Shown: positions 1 through 9,644 of the stretch, piece by piece
How positions within the stretch are numbered: the stretch's first letter is position 1
How the letters are laid out: each line of letters starts with the position of its first letter
NCBI RefSeq assembly: GCF_000970025.1
Contig: NZ_CP009528.1
Coordinates: 893,168-917,167, forward strand
Source of the DNA: Methanosarcina barkeri MS
GTDB lineage: Archaea > Halobacteriota > Methanosarcinia > Methanosarcinales > Methanosarcinaceae
Direction of reading: 5' to 3'
DNA: 24,000 nt
Program-made: the position numbers and the translations under genes
The notes under the pieces: model-generated
Databases searched by the model: none
What the model saw: only the letters and a program-made list of their open reading frames with translations
Told to the model about the DNA's origin: nothing

Positions 1-793
1 AGAAAGCGGATGTGGAAAGTCTACTCTCTCAAGACTGCTCCTCTTGCTTATTCCTCCAACACGGGGAGAGATATTCTTTGAGGGTCAGGCTCTTACAAGA
101 CTGAAAGGGAAAGAACTCCGCTCTGTCCGGAAAAAACTTCAGATTGTGCCTCAACAGCCTGAAAGCTCCCTGGACCCCAGGTGGACGATAGCTTACTCAA
201 TCTGCGAACCTTTTCGCATACATCCTGATTCGTTACACGGAAGGCAGATGTATGAAGAGCTAAAAAGGCTTCTTAGGCTCGTTGGGCTCGAACCTGAGCA
301 GGCAGCCAGATATCCTCACCAGCTCAGCGGTGGAGAACTGCAACGTGCTGTTATTGCTCGTGCTATTGCACTTGAGCCTTCACTTCTCATATGTGACGAA
401 CCTACTTCAATGCTTGATGTCTCCACTCAGGCATCTATCATACACCTCCTGAAAGCACTCCAGCAAGACCTCGGATGTGCCCTTCTCTTCATTACTCACG
501 ACCAGGGGCTTGCGCACGCTATTGGAGACCGGACAGCTGTAATGTTTGCCGGGCAGATAGTAGAAGAGGGACAGGGTATTCTGGATAGGCCATACCACCC
601 ATTTACTTGCAGAATCACATCTGTCTCTGATTCCGGTTCCTTACCACCATCTGAACTTCAAGGGACAAAGATTCCAGGTTCATGCGTATATTATCAATTC
701 TGCCCGGAAAAGACAGAAAAATGCCTTCACAGCCCTGAAATGGTGGAATATGAAGATAGACGGGTTCGTTGCCATAACTTTTCGCCTACTTGA
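1..793 (+). CDS. ABC transporter ATP-binding protein, oligopeptide/dipeptide/nickel (OppF/DppF/NikE-like) type; 5' end cut by window edge
   Basis: The frame is open from nt 2 and reads ESGCGKSTLSRL (Walker A) upstream of the listed TTG at 44, so the true start lies outside the window. Motifs: LSGGELQR signature, LLICDEPTSMLD Walker B, ITHD H-loop. Opp-type Cys-rich C-terminal extension (CVYYQFCPEKTEKC...RC). Stop TGA at 791-793. Confidence 0.9.
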   Translation, partial: ESGCGKSTLSRLLLLLIPPTRGEIFFEGQALTRLKGKELRSVRKKLQIVPQQPESSLDPRWTIAYSICEPFRIHPDSLHGRQMYEELKRLLRLVGLEPEQAARYPHQLSGGELQRAVIARAIALEPSLLICDEPTSMLDVSTQASIIHLLKALQQDLGCALLFITHDQGLAHAIGDRTAVMFAGQIVEEGQGILDRPYHPFTCRITSVSDSGSLPPSELQGTKIPGSCVYYQFCPEKTEKCLHSPEMVEYEDRRVRCHNFSPT

Positions 794-872
794 TTAATCG
801 TACACTCTCACTTGATTAATCGTACACTCTCACTTGATTAATCGTACACTCTCACTTGATTAATCGTACACT
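789..872. repeat. Tandem repeat, 22-nt unit cttgattaatcgtacactctca, 3 perfect copies plus 18 nt
   Basis: Units at 789-810, 811-832 and 833-854 are identical; 855-872 is partial. The first unit contains the ATPase stop codon. Each unit carries the 8-bp palindrome GATTAATC. Confidence 0.95.
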
Positions 873-1074
873 TTTGATATATCCCTGATAGATTTTAGCG
901 GTACAACTACAATCGGAGTGCTTACTCCAATAAATTATCCCGTATTGTCTCAACGAATTCTCCATCCCAACAGGTTATCCAAAATTAAGATGATTACTCC
1001 AAAACTTCTTGTGTATGTAAGTTTTTGCAGAATTTGATGTTGATACATAACAGTCTCAGGTGTGATTAGTAAAT

Positions 1075-2625
1075 ATGAAACGAAAAGAGGGAATTCTCTT
1101 TATTCTACTGGCTCTAGTTGTCCTGGGAGCCGGCTGTACAGACAAAGAACAAAAAGGAGATAATCAAACATTATTTGTCTCAGGTCAATGGAGTCCCACC
1201 TCTATTGATCCTCACATATCGGGGACTGTTCCTCAAAGGCTCGGGTACGTAGAAACTCTCGTAGGAGTTGATTATGAAGGAAAGATTATCCCAAATCTTG
1301 CAAAATCATGGGAAGTCTCCAGTGATGGAAAAAAATGGACATTCAAATTGAGAGAGGGCGTTTTATTCCATGATGGGACACCTTTCACAGCCGAAATAAT
1401 GAAAAAATCACTCGAAAGGTCCTTTATCCAATCGGCATCAACATTCGGAAAAATTCCTGTAACGTCTATTGAGGTTCCTGATAACCTGACATTGGTAATC
1501 AATCTCAATTCAACTTTCCCTGCACTTCCTGCCTATCTTTCCAAAGGAGAAAGTGCTGCTCTTGCCCCCGGATCTTATGATGCAAGCGGAAATGTCACAA
1601 AGCCTATCGGTACCGGGCCTTTTATCTTTGAATCCTGGAAACCGGACGAAGAAATTGTTCTCGTCAAGAATCCCAATTACTGGGGACATGTTGCTTCAGT
1701 TGATAAAGTGGTATACCGGGTAATTCCTGAAGTACTTACAAGAAAGATGCTCCTTGACAGTAAGGACATTCAGATAGCAATGATTCTTTCGCCCGATGTT
1801 GCTGATAAATATACCGAAAAGGCTGATTATACAGTCCTTGAAGAGCCTATCGCTCGTGTAAGGATGATAACGTTCAATACGGAAAAGGAGCCCTTCAAAG
1901 ATAAAAAGGTACGTCAGGCTGTTAATTACGCTATAGATCGGGAAGCAATAGTGAATTCTGTCCTTTACGGATACGGAACCACAGCATCAGGGCTTTTTCC
2001 TCCTCAGTTTTACTGGGCAAACAAGGATATTGCCCCTTATACTTACGACGTGGAGAAAGCAAAAACACTCCTTGATGAAGCGGGATGGACCGACTCGGAT
2101 GGTGATGGGATCCGTGATAAAAATGGCAAGCCTATGAAGATTACATTAGTTACTTATTCTGAAAGAGCAGAACTGCCGTCGATCGCTGAGGTGATCCAGC
2201 AGCAGCTTAAGAAAGTAGGCATAGAGACAGAACTTAAGGTCCTCAATACCGATGCCGCAAATACCCAGAGGAATAAAGGAGATTTCGATATTTACCTTGT
2301 AGGAAGAGGACTATTTTTCGTACCTGATCCAGATGAGATAATGATGACGGACTATCACTCAAGCGGCACATCAATCGACGGTTGGGGGGCATATCGCTGG
2401 CACAACGACACTGTAGATCAGTTGATTGAGCAGGCCAGAACTACTTCCGATGAAGCTGCCAGAAAAAAACTCTATGATGAAGTTCAGGCAATTGTTGTCG
2501 AAGAAGCGCCGGTTGCGTATCTTAACTACTACGTTAATATCGACGTCACAACTTCGAACATAAAGGGATATCGTCTCCATCCTACAGAGTACTCTTTCGA
2601 CCTTCAGAATGTCTCAATTTCCTGA
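1075..2625 (+). CDS. ABC transporter substrate-binding protein, family 5 (OppA/DppA/NikA-like), probable lipoprotein
   Basis: 516 aa. Signal peptide ends in a lipobox-like LGAGC. Family-5 hallmarks PIGTGPFIFESW and NPNYWG. Followed by two cognate permease genes. Confidence 0.9.
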   Translation: MKRKEGILFILLALVVLGAGCTDKEQKGDNQTLFVSGQWSPTSIDPHISGTVPQRLGYVETLVGVDYEGKIIPNLAKSWEVSSDGKKWTFKLREGVLFHDGTPFTAEIMKKSLERSFIQSASTFGKIPVTSIEVPDNLTLVINLNSTFPALPAYLSKGESAALAPGSYDASGNVTKPIGTGPFIFESWKPDEEIVLVKNPNYWGHVASVDKVVYRVIPEVLTRKMLLDSKDIQIAMILSPDVADKYTEKADYTVLEEPIARVRMITFNTEKEPFKDKKVRQAVNYAIDREAIVNSVLYGYGTTASGLFPPQFYWANKDIAPYTYDVEKAKTLLDEAGWTDSDGDGIRDKNGKPMKITLVTYSERAELPSIAEVIQQQLKKVGIETELKVLNTDAANTQRNKGDFDIYLVGRGLFFVPDPDEIMMTDYHSSGTSIDGWGAYRWHNDTVDQLIEQARTTSDEAARKKLYDEVQAIVVEEAPVAYLNYYVNIDVTTSNIKGYRLHPTEYSFDLQNVSIS

Positions 2626-2626
2626 T

Positions 2627-2651
2627 GTGGGTATTCTACCCACCACTTTTT
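2627..2651 (+). terminator. Hairpin plus T5 just after the binding-protein stop; candidate intra-operon attenuator or terminator
   Basis: gtgggta (2627-2633) / ttc loop / tacccac (2637-2643), then T5 at 2647-2651. It lies 2 nt after the TGA at 2623-2625 and 24 nt before the next start. Confidence 0.45.
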
Positions 2652-2674
2652 CATTTAAAAGAGTTTGAGTAAGA

Positions 2675-3619
2675 ATGATACGTAGAATTATACTGAACCG
2701 TCTGTTTCAAATGATACAGGTCATGGTAGGGATATCTCTCATCACTTTTACAGTAATTTCTCTTTCACCAGGGGACCCAGCTGAAATTACGCTCAGGGCT
2801 ACTCTTGGTACCGAAAGTCCACCTAAAGAGGCGGTAGCCATACTTCATGAAGAGATGGGGCTTGACGATCCCTGGTATGTCAGTTATCTAAAATGGATTT
2901 CAAGGGTTGTGCATGGGGACCTGGGATATTCCTATCAGACAAAAAGGAGCACTATTGAAGAGATCAGAAATGCTCTGCCTACGACCTTCTATCTAGCCTC
3001 TCTCTCAATGTTATTCTCGGCTATTATAGCTATCCCTCTTGGAATTGCAGCAGCTCTGAGACAGAACGGGCCTGTAGATCACCTCTGCAGGCTTACTTCA
3101 ATAGTCTGCCTCTCGATCCCTGAGTATTTTATTGCTATAGTTTTTATGCTCATCGGAGGCATCTATCTAGACATCTTTCCGGTTGCAGGAACAGGAGGAA
3201 TAGAATACTTTATCCTTCCATCCCTGACTCTCTCGATTGGCCTTATTGCAATTACAATGCGTATCATGAGGACAAGCATGATTGAAACGCTTGAGCAGGA
3301 TTATATAAGGACAGCACGTGCAAAGGGGCTCAGCCGCAAAAAAATTATTCAAAAACATGCTCTAAAGAATGCACTTCTCCCTGTGATTATATATATGGGA
3401 ACTCAGTTCGGATGGATTTTCGGAGGGGCAGTTACCATTGAAACTATTTTTGCACTTCCAGGACTTGGATGGCTTCTTGTTAGCTCTGTTTCTTCGATGG
3501 ACATCATGGTGATGCAGGGATGTATGCTTACCTTCGCGGTGATCATAGTGCTTATTAATCTCTTTGTTGACCTAGCCCAGCTTTATCTTGACCCATCAGT
3601 CAGGGCTCAGGGGGAATAA
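2675..3619 (+). CDS. ABC transporter permease (OppB/DppB/NikB-like)
   Basis: 314 aa, multi-TM. Binding-protein-dependent transport motif region YIRTARAKGLSRKKIIQKHALKNALLPVI. Confidence 0.9.
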   Translation: MIRRIILNRLFQMIQVMVGISLITFTVISLSPGDPAEITLRATLGTESPPKEAVAILHEEMGLDDPWYVSYLKWISRVVHGDLGYSYQTKRSTIEEIRNALPTTFYLASLSMLFSAIIAIPLGIAAALRQNGPVDHLCRLTSIVCLSIPEYFIAIVFMLIGGIYLDIFPVAGTGGIEYFILPSLTLSIGLIAITMRIMRTSMIETLEQDYIRTARAKGLSRKKIIQKHALKNALLPVIIYMGTQFGWIFGGAVTIETIFALPGLGWLLVSSVSSMDIMVMQGCMLTFAVIIVLINLFVDLAQLYLDPSVRAQGE

Positions 3620-3633
3620 TAGGGAGAATATAT

Positions 3634-4512
3634 ATGGAACACTCATACTTTGACGAAAAACTGGCAGTTTCCGAAATGAAAAGAGTATGGGGAGTTTTGC
3701 GGAGCAATGTAACGCTTACAATAGGAGTTCTGCTGTTTATTCTTATCTCCATGATGGCTGTAATGGCTCCGGCGATTTCCCCGCATGACCCTGCAGAGAT
3801 GCATCTTGAAGAAAAGTTATCTCCTCCATCAGCATCTTTTCCTCTTGGGACAGACCAGTTTGGAAGGTGTATTTTCAGCCGTATATTATATGGTGCACAG
3901 ACTTCATTCTTCATTGCAGTTATTTCGACTTTAATTATCGTGCCTGCAGGAATTATCATAGGAATGTATGCAGGTTATTTCAGCAGGTATGATGCTTTCT
4001 TGATGCGATTGACAGATATCTTTCTTGCCTTCCCCAGTATAGTTCTTTCAATTGCGATTGTAGGAGTTGTAGGCCCAAGTCCTGCAGGAATTATTCTATC
4101 TCTTTCCATTCCTGGCTGGGCAAAATATGCACGATTAATCCGGGGATCAACTCTTTCACTGAAAAATAGCGGATTCGTCGAGGCAGCCAGGGCAATTGGA
4201 GCATCGGATAAATACATTCTTTTCCACCATATTCTTCCCAACAGTTACGGACCTATTATTGAGATCGCAACTCTTGGATTAGGGTCCAAGATTATTTCAA
4301 TTTCCGGGCTTGGATTTTTAGGGCTTGGAATTCAGCCTCCTACACCAGAACTGGGAACAATCCTGAAAGATGGACTTGTATACCTCCAGACTGCACCTAT
4401 GATGGCTTTATCTTCAGGAGGCATGATCATGCTGTTTGTTCTTGCGGTAAATCTCATCGGTTCCGAACTGAGATCTATTGCAGATCCCCGGTCTGATACT
4501 ATCGAATTTTAA
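3634..4512 (+). CDS. ABC transporter permease (OppC/DppC/NikC-like)
   Basis: 292 aa. N-terminal PLGTDQFGRCIFSRILYGAQTS motif typical of the OppC/DppC family. GFVEAARAIGASDKYILFHHILPN EAA-type loop. SD agggag upstream. Confidence 0.9.
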   Translation: MEHSYFDEKLAVSEMKRVWGVLRSNVTLTIGVLLFILISMMAVMAPAISPHDPAEMHLEEKLSPPSASFPLGTDQFGRCIFSRILYGAQTSFFIAVISTLIIVPAGIIIGMYAGYFSRYDAFLMRLTDIFLAFPSIVLSIAIVGVVGPSPAGIILSLSIPGWAKYARLIRGSTLSLKNSGFVEAARAIGASDKYILFHHILPNSYGPIIEIATLGLGSKIISISGLGFLGLGIQPPTPELGTILKDGLVYLQTAPMMALSSGGMIMLFVLAVNLIGSELRSIADPRSDTIEF

Positions 4513-4542
4513 CTGGCAGGCAAAGGAAATAAAAAAGAAGAG

Positions 4543-4605
4543 TTCAGCCCCTAAAAATTCGTTTCTACCCTATGTATTTCAGCCCCTAAAAATTCGTTTC
4601 TACCC
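4543..4605. repeat. 28-nt direct repeat ttcagcccctaaaaattcgtttctaccc, 2 copies separated by 7 nt
   Basis: Copies at 4543-4570 and 4578-4605 are identical. The repeat begins 31 nt after the permease stop. Confidence 0.9.
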
Positions 4606-4941
4606 AAAATGATGATGTTTTTGACTTTCCTAAATAATGTAAAAATAAAACAGGAAAAAATGTTTGTAGTATCCAGTACTTGGAAAACCTTCCAGAGTAA
4701 TTAGCTACCTCTATTGCTGATACCTTTAGTCACGCCTGTAATTGTTGCAATAAAAATCTCATCGCATCTCATTTGAGCAGTTGCATTATTTAGTCTCGTG
4801 ACTATTATTATACGCTGGTAAAATACACTGGTAAATTTGTTTTTTTGGAGAAAAATGTAATCAGCAGAAGCAAAAAGTCTATTCCTGTAAAATACTGGAT
4901 AGGCATCAAAAAGTAAGAATTATTTACGTTATCCAAAACCA

Positions 4942-4956
4942 GATATATTTAAATAA
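4942..4956 (+). promoter_or_regulatory. Candidate TATA box for the synthetase gene
   Basis: gatatatttaaataa about 60 nt upstream of the ATG at 5016; SD-like ggagtg at about 5005. AT-rich context makes chance matches likely. Confidence 0.25.
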
Positions 4957-5015
4957 TCGCAAGCACTCTAAACCCCAAGAATTCTTACACTATTTCCCAA
5001 TCATGGAGTGTCTTT

Positions 5016-7625
5016 ATGACAGAATCAGAAATTCCAAAAGAATATAATGCAAGCGAGGTTGAGGAAAAGTGGATGGATAAATGGGACCTCTCCATGTACC
5101 ATTTCAACTGGGGAGAAGACCCCCGTCCCCAATACATTATCGACACCCCACCTCCTTATCCTACAGGTAATTTCCATATCGGAAATGCGCTTAACTGGTG
5201 CTATATCGACTTTGTTGCCCGATACAAACGTATGCGCGGGTACAACGTAATGTTCCCCCAGGGCTGGGACTGTCACGGCCTGCCAACCGAAGTCAAGGTT
5301 GAAGAAATTCATGGAATAACGAAAAACCAGGTTCCACGTGCTGAGTTTCGCAAGATGTGCAGGGAACTGACTGCAGGAAATATCGACAAGATGCGCAAAA
5401 CAATGCTGCGCCTGGGCTTTTCCGTAGATTGGAGTAACGAATTTATTACTATGAAGCCCTCGTACTTCGTAAAAACGCAAAAATCCTTTGTCAGGATGTA
5501 TAATCATGATTACATCTACCATGAGGAACATCCTGTCAACTGGTGCCCCCGCTGTGAAACTGCTATTGCTTTTGCAGAAGTCGAGTATGAAACAAGGCAA
5601 ACAAAGCTTAACTTCGTCCATTTCGACAAGGTAGACATTGCAACCACCAGGCCGGAACTTATGGCAGCCTGTGTTGCAGTTGCAGTAAATCCTGAAGACA
5701 AACGTTACAGCCAGTATGTCGGCCAGGAAATTACAGTACCTCTCTTTGGCCAGAAAGTTACTCTGATTGCCGATGAGGATGTTGAGCCTGAATTCGGTAC
5801 AGGCGCTGTAATGATCTGTACTTTCGGGGATAAGCAGGACGTACGCTGGTGGGTGAAATACGAACTTCCTCTTATAAAGGCCATCGATAAACAGGGTAAG
5901 ATGACAAAAGCGGCAGGCAAATATGAAGGCCTGAGCATTGCCGAGTGCAGGGAAGCTGTAGTTGCAGACCTGAAGGCTGCAGGTTTCCTCTATGACCAGA
6001 AACCTCTGGAACAGAATGTCGGGCTCTGCTGGCGCTGTAACACCCCGATTGAAATCCTTTCGGAGCCCCAGTGGTTCGTAAAGATCGACAACGATGCAAT
6101 CCTGAAAGCTGCAGATGAGATCAAATGGTATCCTGACTACATGAAAGTCAGGCTTCAGAACTGGACAGGCACTATGGAATGGGACTGGTGCATCTCCAGA
6201 CAGAGGATCTTTGCAACTCCGATTCCTATCTGGTACTGTAAGAAGTGCGGGAAAGTAATGGTTGCAGAAGAGAGCTGGCTTCCGATTGATCCTAATGAAG
6301 CCGCCCCAAAGAAAGCTTGCTCCTGCGGATCAACCGAGTTTGAACCTGAAACCGATGTGCTGGACACCTGGATGGACTCCTCTATTACGGCATTACATGT
6401 TACTGGCTGGGAAAGTGAGCATGACCTCCGCCTGCCTGCGCAGATCCGTCCACAGGGACATGATATCATCAGAACCTGGGCTTTTTACACAATCCTGCGG
6501 AGCCTGGCTCTTGAAGGCAAGAGACCCTGGGATTCTATAGTGATTAACGGTATGGTGCTTGGGCCTGACGGACATAAGATGAGCAAGTCGCTTGGAAATG
6601 TTATCTCTCCTGAAGAAGTAACCACAAAGTACAGCGCTGATGCTTTCAGGCAGTGGGGTGCAGTTGGTGGCTCCACAGGTTCGGATGTAATGTTCCGCTG
6701 GAAAGATGTGGTTTCAGCTTCCCGTTTCCTCCAGAAGATGTGGAGTATCTACCGTTTCTCAATGTCTCACCTGAAGGGCTTCGGACAGGAAGATGCCGAA
6801 AAATTCCAGACGGACTCTCTCCATATAATTGATAGGTGGTTGCTGAGTAAACTTAACAGGCTTGTAGACACCGCAACAAAGGAGCTTGATGAGTACCAGT
6901 TTGATTCTACTTTCAAGGCCATACGAGGTTTTGCCTGGGAAGTTCTTGCTGACAACTATCTGGAACTCGTAAAAGGCAGGCTTTATGGCGATGATACAGA
7001 CGGCAGAAGAGCTGCCCAGTATGTGCTCTACAGGACAATTAAAACTCTCTCGCTTCTGCTTGCACCTTTCATACCTTTCTTTGCAGAAGAGCTGCACTCC
7101 CGGCTCAGTGACGAAAGCGTTCATACGCAGGCCTGGCCGGCAGTCGATGAAAGCTTCATAAACGAAGAAGCCGAAGCTGCAGGGGAACTAATTAAAGAAA
7201 TTACAGGTGAAGTCCGCAGGTACAAGTCCGAACTGGGAATGGCACTTAATGCCCCCCTGAAAAAGCTTGAGATATACAATGCAGATATTGATACAGGAGA
7301 TATCGCAGGCGCCACAAACTCAAAAGTTGAGTTGATGGAAGGGGCTCCTTCCTTTGAATATGTGCCAGTGGAAGTTAAACCCAATATGGGGATTCTGGGC
7401 CCAAGATTCAGAAAAGATGCAGGTGCTGTAGTTAAAGCTCTCAAAGCCGAGAGTCCTGCTGCAATTGAAGCCCAGGCAGCCTCAGGAAAAATAACCGTTA
7501 GTGTAGACGGCAAACCGATCGAGCTTGAACCCGAAGCCGTAGAGATAATGAAAGAAGTAATTTCCGGCGGTAGGGAAGTCGATGTGCTTGAAGTCAGAGG
7601 CGCGGTTGTTGTAATCGTAAGGTAA
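5016..7625 (+). CDS. valS: Valyl-tRNA synthetase (class Ia aaRS)
   Basis: 869 aa. HIGH-type motif [17 protein letters not shown] motif [18 protein letters not shown]1/editing-size insertion, and Zn-knuckle pairs CPRC/CWRC/CKKC. The length fits archaeal ValRS better than IleRS or LeuRS. Family assignment is by eye only. Confidence 0.8.
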   Translation: MTESEIPKEYNASEVEEKWMDKWDLSMYHFNWGEDPRPQYIIDTPPPYPTGNFHIGNALNWCYIDFVARYKRMRGYNVMFPQGWDCHGLPTEVKVEEIHGITKNQVPRAEFRKMCRELTAGNIDKMRKTMLRLGFSVDWSNEFITMKPSYFVKTQKSFVRMYNHDYIYHEEHPVNWCPRCETAIAFAEVEYETRQTKLNFVHFDKVDIATTRPELMAACVAVAVNPEDKRYSQYVGQEITVPLFGQKVTLIADEDVEPEFGTGAVMICTFGDKQDVRWWVKYELPLIKAIDKQGKMTKAAGKYEGLSIAECREAVVADLKAAGFLYDQKPLEQNVGLCWRCNTPIEILSEPQWFVKIDNDAILKAADEIKWYPDYMKVRLQNWTGTMEWDWCISRQRIFATPIPIWYCKKCGKVMVAEESWLPIDPNEAAPKKACSCGSTEFEPETDVLDTWMDSSITALHVTGWESEHDLRLPAQIRPQGHDIIRTWAFYTILRSLALEGKRPWDSIVINGMVLGPDGHKMSKSLGNVISPEEVTTKYSADAFRQWGAVGGSTGSDVMFRWKDVVSASRFLQKMWSIYRFSMSHLKGFGQEDAEKFQTDSLHIIDRWLLSKLNRLVDTATKELDEYQFDSTFKAIRGFAWEVLADNYLELVKGRLYGDDTDGRRAAQYVLYRTIKTLSLLLAPFIPFFAEELHSRLSDESVHTQAWPAVDESFINEEAEAAGELIKEITGEVRRYKSELGMALNAPLKKLEIYNADIDTGDIAGATNSKVELMEGAPSFEYVPVEVKPNMGILGPRFRKDAGAVVKALKAESPAAIEAQAASGKITVSVDGKPIELEPEAVEIMKEVISGGREVDVLEVRGAVVVIVR

Positions 7626-7643
7626 GCTTTTGCTTACCTTTTT
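7621..7643 (+). terminator. Hairpin overlapping the valS stop codon followed by T5
   Basis: ggtaagc (7621-7627) / tttt / gcttacc (7632-7638) then ttttt (7639-7643). A further T7 run lies at 7675-7681. Confidence 0.55.
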
Positions 7644-7724
7644 ATGAAAAAGTCCGATATTCGGACAACGCTTATTTTTTTCCAGCTTTTTACTAATAGC
7701 TGAGGTATGGCAAGCTGGCAGATC

Positions 7725-7886
7725 AATCTGAAAGGACAGAGTAATCTGAAAGGACAGAGTAATCTGAAAGGACAGAGTAATCTGAAAGGACAGAGTAATC
7801 TGAAAGGACAGAGTAATCTGAAAGGACAGAGTAATCTGAAAGGACAGAGTAATCTGAAAGGGCAAAGCAAGCTGAAGGCAGAATAT
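7725..7886. repeat. Tandem repeat, 18-nt unit aatctgaaaggacagagt, 7 perfect plus 2 degenerate copies
   Basis: Perfect units run 7725-7850. 7851-7868 (aatctgaaagggcaaagc) and 7869-7886 are degenerate. The array is intergenic, about 100 nt after valS. Confidence 0.95.
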
Positions 7887-8322
7887 CCTTCATGTCCGGT
7901 TCCATAAACTCAAACTCCTTCTTCAATTTAAGTTTCGGCCTTAATTCTGCATCTCGGCTGTTCAATTGATTTTCTCAGATTCTCTTTCTCATATTACTTA
8001 AATATCATTTTCAAAGATGCAAGTAAACTCTTAGTGTATAATATTATGAAGAAAATACATAAACTGTTCAGCTTAAATTGAGAATTTCTATAAAGCCGGA
8101 GTCTCAAATAAGGACATTTAGAATTAGTCATAAACTTTAATACTTTTTTATAACTATAAATGCTCAGGATTGCTTCAAAATGGTGAAGTATCTCTGTGAT
8201 TTTACGTTGCAGTGAAGTTAGTTAATCAGTTGTAAGTATCTGTATTTTTCCTTTCTCTATTAAGAAAAATAATATTATTTTATGAAAGTGAAAAAACAAA
8301 GACTCACTTTTTCAATGTGAAA

Positions 8323-8332
8323 CTTTATATAC
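8323..8332 (+). promoter_or_regulatory. Candidate TATA box for the DsrE-like gene
   Basis: ctttatatac about 50 nt upstream of the ATG at 8381; SD-like ctggag at about 8369. Confidence 0.25.
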
Positions 8333-8380
8333 ATCTAGGTAATCTGTTTCAGAAATGTATTATTCAGACCTGGAGTTTTT

Positions 8381-8749
8381 ATGACAAAAGTCGAAAAAGC
8401 ATTATTGCTGCTAAAAAATATGGTGTACGAAAGCACCAGCCCTAAGGAAACTCTCAAGTTTGCGAAGTACTATAGGAATAAGGGGCTCGATGTGCTGGTT
8501 ATTCTGTGGGGACCTATGGGAGTGCTGCTTGCAAAGAAAGATAAAACAAGAGGATCGCCCAAGTACGATGACACTGTACAGGAATGTATAGATATGGGAG
8601 TGGAGTTTCGGTGTTGTCAGCTTGCATCGGATATGATCGGGCTTAAAAAAGAAGAATTGATCCCTGGAATAGAATTCATCTGTTCGCAAGAGGTAGCCGA
8701 ACTCTTTCTTAAATATACTGAAGAAAACCAGTTAATCATTACTTTCTGA
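8381..8749 (+). CDS. DsrE/DsrF-like (COG2044-type) small protein
   Basis: 122 aa. The pattern GLDVLVILWGPMGVLL ... CIDMGVEFRCCQLASDMIGLKKEEL ... LIITF resembles the DsrE-like fold family with a Cys in the central loop. The gene stands alone between two 750-900 nt AT-rich spacers. Confidence 0.5.
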   Translation: MTKVEKALLLLKNMVYESTSPKETLKFAKYYRNKGLDVLVILWGPMGVLLAKKDKTRGSPKYDDTVQECIDMGVEFRCCQLASDMIGLKKEELIPGIEFICSQEVAELFLKYTEENQLIITF

Positions 8750-8996
8750 GCCTTAGAAATTTCTAAAATTAAATAAGATATTCAAGCAATAACAGCCTTA
8801 AGCAATTAAATGTGTTTTATTGTAGCTTTTTCTAAGTCAGGTTTTCTTTGACTTAATTCTAGCCTGTCCCCAACCGTTTCTTCTACGAAATATAAACCTG
8901 AAACCGGCCTGTAGAATCTGTAATCTACACCTCATTCAATTTTAGCCGTTTTAAATCCCTTTTGTTCTTTAAACCTTACTCACTCCAGTTTCATTT

Positions 8997-9104
8997 CGGG
9001 ATGAAGGTGCTCTTTTCGCTGCCCAAATTCTGTCACCCTATTTCCGTCACCCTATTTCCGTCACCCTAGTCCCGTCTCGGGAGGACGGTGCCCTTTTCGC
9101 TCGG
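8997..9104. repeat. GC-rich composite repeat: a 27-nt imperfect direct repeat flanking a 14-nt triplet
   Basis: cgggatgaaggtgctcttttcgctgcc (8997-9023) vs cgggaggacggtgcccttttcgctcgg (9078-9104), 21/27 identical. Between them, cgtcaccctatttc occurs about 3.3 times (9031-9076). Small hairpin ccgtc/gacgg at 9072-9088. Confidence 0.8.
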
Positions 9105-9644
9105 TTCGTTTGCTCAAGAGGGCTGAGTTAGGGGGTAAAGGGCGGTAATCTTTACACAAGTTTGTTGATTTAAAAATTGCAGATTTCTGCCTTTAGTTGC
9201 TTGGAAGTCATAGAAAATCAAGGATTTCTTAGGAGAGGACTAATCTGCAATGTTTCGTTTTTCCGGTTTAATGGAGCTGTAACCGGGTCTGAGAATCTTT
9301 CTGTAAATGTTATATTCTATAAAATACCATATGTGTTTTTTCGATTAGTTTAAACCGACAGAGCTTTTTATATGTAATTTATTTTTTAAATTGTTCTGGG
9401 CTAATAGAAAATATCACATTGAGGAATGAATTATATGTTAATATGCACATATTAGAATAAAAATATAAAAACACAAATCAAACAAGAGAGCGTTTGTGCA
9501 CATAATTAGGGTAAAAATGGATTTTTATATAAATATACAACTTTAAGTATACGACTTTAAAATGGTTATCTAATATTGAAGATTATAGCCCTTCAGTTCA
9601 TTAATTTTTAGAAATAAAATAAAACAATTTCAGCAGGTGATTTC

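Noticed and set aside
4543-4605. Possible mini-CRISPR (two 28-nt repeats); the other tandem arrays were also considered
   Set aside because: The spacer is only 7 nt and there are only two copies. All other arrays are head-to-tail with no spacers. No cas genes are present.
5025-7513. Many 60-200 aa ORFs antisense to, or out of frame within, the synthetase gene
   Set aside because: These are shadow ORFs inside a long, well-supported CDS. Their translations are low-complexity or Cys/Ser/Arg-rich with no motifs.
7482-7965. Four overlapping ORFs (7482-7865 minus, 7634-7870 minus, 7707-7907 plus, 7723-7965 minus) with periodic peptides
   Set aside because: All are read through the 18-nt tandem array. 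Its unit length is a multiple of 3 and it lacks stops in these frames. Having four mutually overlapping frames open is a repeat artefact, and none has an SD or a non-repeat domain.
9078-9150. tRNA-like signal (ggttcg T-loop-like string) in the GC-rich island
   Set aside because: No acceptor, D or anticodon stems could be drawn on either strand. The flanking sequence is repeat-derived.
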